Positions 60,313 to 64,000 of a stretch of DNA of 64,000 bases are shown in pieces. The stretch comes from Salisapilia sapeloensis CBS 127946 (Eukaryota > Protista > Oomycota), in NCBI GenBank assembly GCA_023334545.1, contig JAADVB010000025.1:55495-119494 (forward strand), given 5' to 3'. Within the stretch, counting starts at the first letter, position 1; the number at the start of each line of letters is the position of its first letter. The notes below the pieces were generated by a model. It saw nothing but the letters and a program-made list of their open reading frames with translations. It was not told where the DNA came from and searched no databases. The position numbers were made by a program, and so were the translations under genes.

Positions 60313-61394
60313 CTTGTGCGTAGATGACTTGCTTTGAGTATCGCGGCAAATTCGATTTTGCCAAAATACTGTAAAGTGAGCGTTTCGACTCAGGTTGAAG
60401 ATACCTCCACAGGATGCCACGATCGTTCACGATGTGCACGTCAATCGACAGACGAGTCGTTGTGTTTGGCATGTGAGCGTGTCGCAGGGTACTTCAGCTC
60501 CATGAAGAGCTGTTTTGCCTATGGTTTCTACCGTCTCGATGTCATTAAGACAAGATGGTATGAGTTGATGGCGTTTTTAGTGATACCAGTCTATTGCTGG
60601 TGCGATATACGAGTTGTAAGTTATCATGCTTTTGCCCTGGATCCATGATGGAGGTTTTCACTTGGATCGATAATACAGTAGATAGTTTCGGTCTAAATTA
60701 GTCAGCTCGTCCTTCTGGTTGATGTGCAAAGTACTTTGACATCGATCGAGTACTTGAAACAAAGTAAACTGGATAATTGCAACTTGGAGAGGACCAAGCA
60801 GACAGTTACGCGACCGCATACATGACAAGGAACAGCTCTTTCTTCATGGCGGATGTCTCCGCGTCTTATCCACGTAGATACACACTGACGAGCGTGTATC
60901 CTGTCTCTGTCGTGTCGTCAAATGAGCTTCCACAAAGTAGAAACTTGGATTCCCTATAGCAGAAAACATGATTCAAGACCATTTCCATGAGCATTCTACT
61001 ACATCGACCACCATGGTCATATAAACCTCTTGTCCATTCCACTCTATCGTACCACTCCTTCAACGAACCTCCGCTTAATTGTACCTGCATATCATTCGCA
61101 CAACATTTCGCTCCCAGACTCAACACGTTTACCACAAGCTACTTCAAGTATATCCGTAGACGAGACAGGTATCTCTACTAGACTACCTCTACTTGCTAAA
61201 CGAAATGAATGACCGGTCCAAATATACCGCCAAGTCACGCATTTCCATTTGCATAGAAGCGTTGTCGACTACCACGATGTAACGGGCGATATAAAAGCCC
61301 TTCAAGCTCCATCCCGTCAATACACGTCAAATGATTTCATATTAATCGCAACGCGTATACCGTTGACGTCACCTTCACGTTGGACTCGGCATCT

Positions 61395-61410
61395 CGTCAT
61401 TCCGTAATTC
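61395..61410 (+). promoter_or_regulatory. Oomycete-type INR/FPR core promoter of the acyl-CoA oxidase gene
   Basis: CGTCATTCCGTAATTC ends about 10 nt before the ATG. Confidence 0.55.
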
Positions 61411-61420
61411 GATCGATACC

Positions 61421-63554
61421 ATGGCAACGCCATCCCAACGCCGCATCCAAGCTTTATCAAAGCATGTAGGCAGTGCACCAGCCTCTACAGCTGACAGTGT
61501 GATGCAAGAGCTAGAACAAGAGCGTGCGAATGCGTCCTTCCCCACTCGGCTCTTGACGAACTTGTCGGATGGTGGCGAAGAGCAGACTCAGTTCCGTGAA
61601 ATGATCATGCGAATCCTAGCAGAGACCAAAGACCTAGGAGAGAATCCTGGCGTGCACGACTTGACGCTCGAGCAACGGCGTGAGCTGACGCTGCAGCAAG
61701 TGCGTCGATACCATGTCTTGTTCATGACGCACTCGTCCTCGCCTTCCCAACGTGACATTATGGCCGAGCTCATGGGTGTCTACGACTTGGGCTTGTGGGT
61801 ACGCAATGGCGTCCACTTGGGACTCTTCATGAACGCTATAATGGCACAAGGCGACAAGGAGCAGCAGGACGAGTGGCTTCCAGCAACCATGATGCTACAG
61901 ATATACGGTAGCTACGCAATGACGGAACTAGGCCACGGCAGTCATACGAGAGGCTTGCAGACTACCGCTACGTTTGATCAGGCTACGGATGAATTTGTCA
62001 TCCACACGCCGACGGACACTGCGACCAAGTGGTGGATCGGGTAGGTCTCTTATCGATACATTTAGCTATATTTTATTAATTCCTGCGGATAGAGCTGCAG
62101 GGGAGACTGCGACGCATACAGTGTGCTTTGCTCAGCTCATGATTAACGGACGCCATCATGGTTTACAAGGCTTCATCGTGCCTCTGCGTGACTTGAACAC
62201 CCACGAGCCGTTGCCTGGTATTCGAGTCGGTGACGTCGGACCCAAGATGGGTGTCAACGGTATTGACAATGGCTGGATCCAGTTCAACCAAGTCCGTGTT
62301 CCTCGTGCGAATATGCTGCGCAAGTACGCACACGTGAAGCGTGATGGCTCGTTCGAGCAGACACATAAAGCTTCTCTAGCCTATAGCGCACTCATCCTGT
62401 CACGTGGACGACTCGTGACGTTAGGTACTGGTATTCTAAAGAAGGCACTGACGATTGCTATTCGATATTGCGGTATCCGTCGACAGGGAAATCAAGTAAA
62501 CAGCGCGGATCCGCATTCAGAAGCCAAATTACTAGATTACCAGAGCCACCAGCATCGGCTGATGCCGCTGCTAGCGACCGCGTATGCGTACCATTTCCAG
62601 TCTACGTACATCCACGCGATGCTCGACAAGTTTGAAGGAGGTGGAGGAGAGCTGTCAGATGCGTTTTTAGCTGATCTTCATGGTACGATGGCTGGTTTGA
62701 AAGCATATGCTTCGTGGGACATTCTAGCTGCGATTGAAGAAGCTCGACAGTGCTGTGGCGGCAGCGGCTATAGCTCGTACAACGGCCTTTCGTCTCTGCT
62801 AGCAGACTTTTCCGTCATTGTCACGTTCGAAGGAGATAACACGGTCATGGCGCTGCAGACAGCTTCGTACTTGATGAAATCGGTGGAGGATGTACGCAGT
62901 GGTAAGAAGCTGTCTGGATCCGTTGAGTATCTGGAGAAAGTGGATGATCGGACACAGCGTCAGTGGGGTGTGAAGAGTCTAGAGGACTTGAGCAACCCAA
63001 CGTATCTCATCGATGCGTTGGAGTTCTTAGCAGGTAACTTTATCCTCAAGGTAGGAGATCAAGTAGCGACGTACTCGAACAAGTACTCGAACTGGAGAGA
63101 GGCGTACAATCAGTGCCAAGTGGACCTACTGGAAGCATCTCGTATCCACGTCTTCTATAATGTCGCACTGCGGTTTGTGGAACAGGTACAGGCGTTGAAA
63201 AACGAGTCAAAGTACCATGCGTTGGTACCGGTGCTGGAAGCACTGAGCAAGTTGTATGTGCTCCAAGAGTTTGAACGTAGTGCTGCTTTCTTCTTGAAGA
63301 CGAAGTATATGACACCAGCACAAGTGGATTGGATCCATCAAGGTGTGCTAAGGGCCTGCAGTCGGATTCGTAGAGATGCCGTGGCTCTCGTTGATGCTTT
63401 TAATCTAAGTGACGGCATCCTAAACTCGCCTATCGGGAAGCGAGATGGAAACGTCTACCAGCATGTGCTACAGGTCGTCCAAGGCAATACCACTAAGGCT
63501 CCATACTATGATACTGTCATTAAACCGATGCTGGAAGGAGATACCCCCATGTAA
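61421..63554 (+). CDS. ACOX: Peroxisomal acyl-CoA oxidase; intron 62041-62092
   Basis: YAMTELGHGS, ATKWWIG, VGDVGPKMG..GIDNG, AIRYCGIRRQG, ARQCCGGSGY, TFEGDNTV and DAVALVDAF. Confidence 0.93.
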
Positions 63555-63786
63555 ATACAGCAACAAGTTTTTTCAAAGTTCATTCGCATCTTCTCTAGCT
63601 ACATTCTCAGAAGTCGGAATCAGGTGCAGGATACTTGCGCCATTAAATCCACCTGTGTCGTCTAATAACATTTAATTCTCGCAGGTCAATACAAAGATCA
63701 AGATAAATATAGGACGGCGTCTATCAACCACTCAAATCCGGTCGAGATCGGTCAGCTCCCTCATTCTCCTATCTGCAGAGTTAAAG

Positions 63787-64000
<214 letters not shown>

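Noticed and set aside
60430-61210. Short ORFs between SDR and acyl-CoA oxidase
   Set aside because: No motifs or consistent splice structure; treated as a divergent promoter region.

Overview
Gene-dense (about 29 genes plus 1 pseudogene in 64 kb) eukaryotic nuclear DNA, most consistent with a flagellated oomycete/stramenopile. Support: bifunctional DHFR-TS, an oomycete-like EF-1alpha N-terminus, oomycete-type initiator motifs (TCATTYY...) just upstream of several ATGs, IFT38/CLUAP1 and CCDC57, and short GT-AG introns (mostly about 45-65 nt). The species cannot be named from sequence alone. Genes are mostly housekeeping and arranged as tight head-to-head and tail-to-tail pairs: SIRT4, PP2C, FARS2, DENN protein, MUG/TDG glycosylase, UGGT, tafazzin, GPD2, PP2A-C, DHFR-TS, R2R3-Myb, Sin3, SDR, acyl-CoA oxidase and EF1A. 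No rRNA, tRNA, CRISPR array or intact transposon was recognised by eye. Best leads: (1) a PH-PX protein ending in a WH2-C-A (VCA) module with FAM21-like LFa motifs, a candidate non-canonical Arp2/3 activator; (2) a NELF-A homologue; (3) a fold-back element in the 2-kb gap at 28.5-30.6 kb; (4) splicing oddities, namely a 16-nt micro-exon, a hairpin over a 5' splice site, and introns that could remove a stop codon and join neighbouring genes in frame. Exon structures and protein family calls were made manually, without alignment or database searches.
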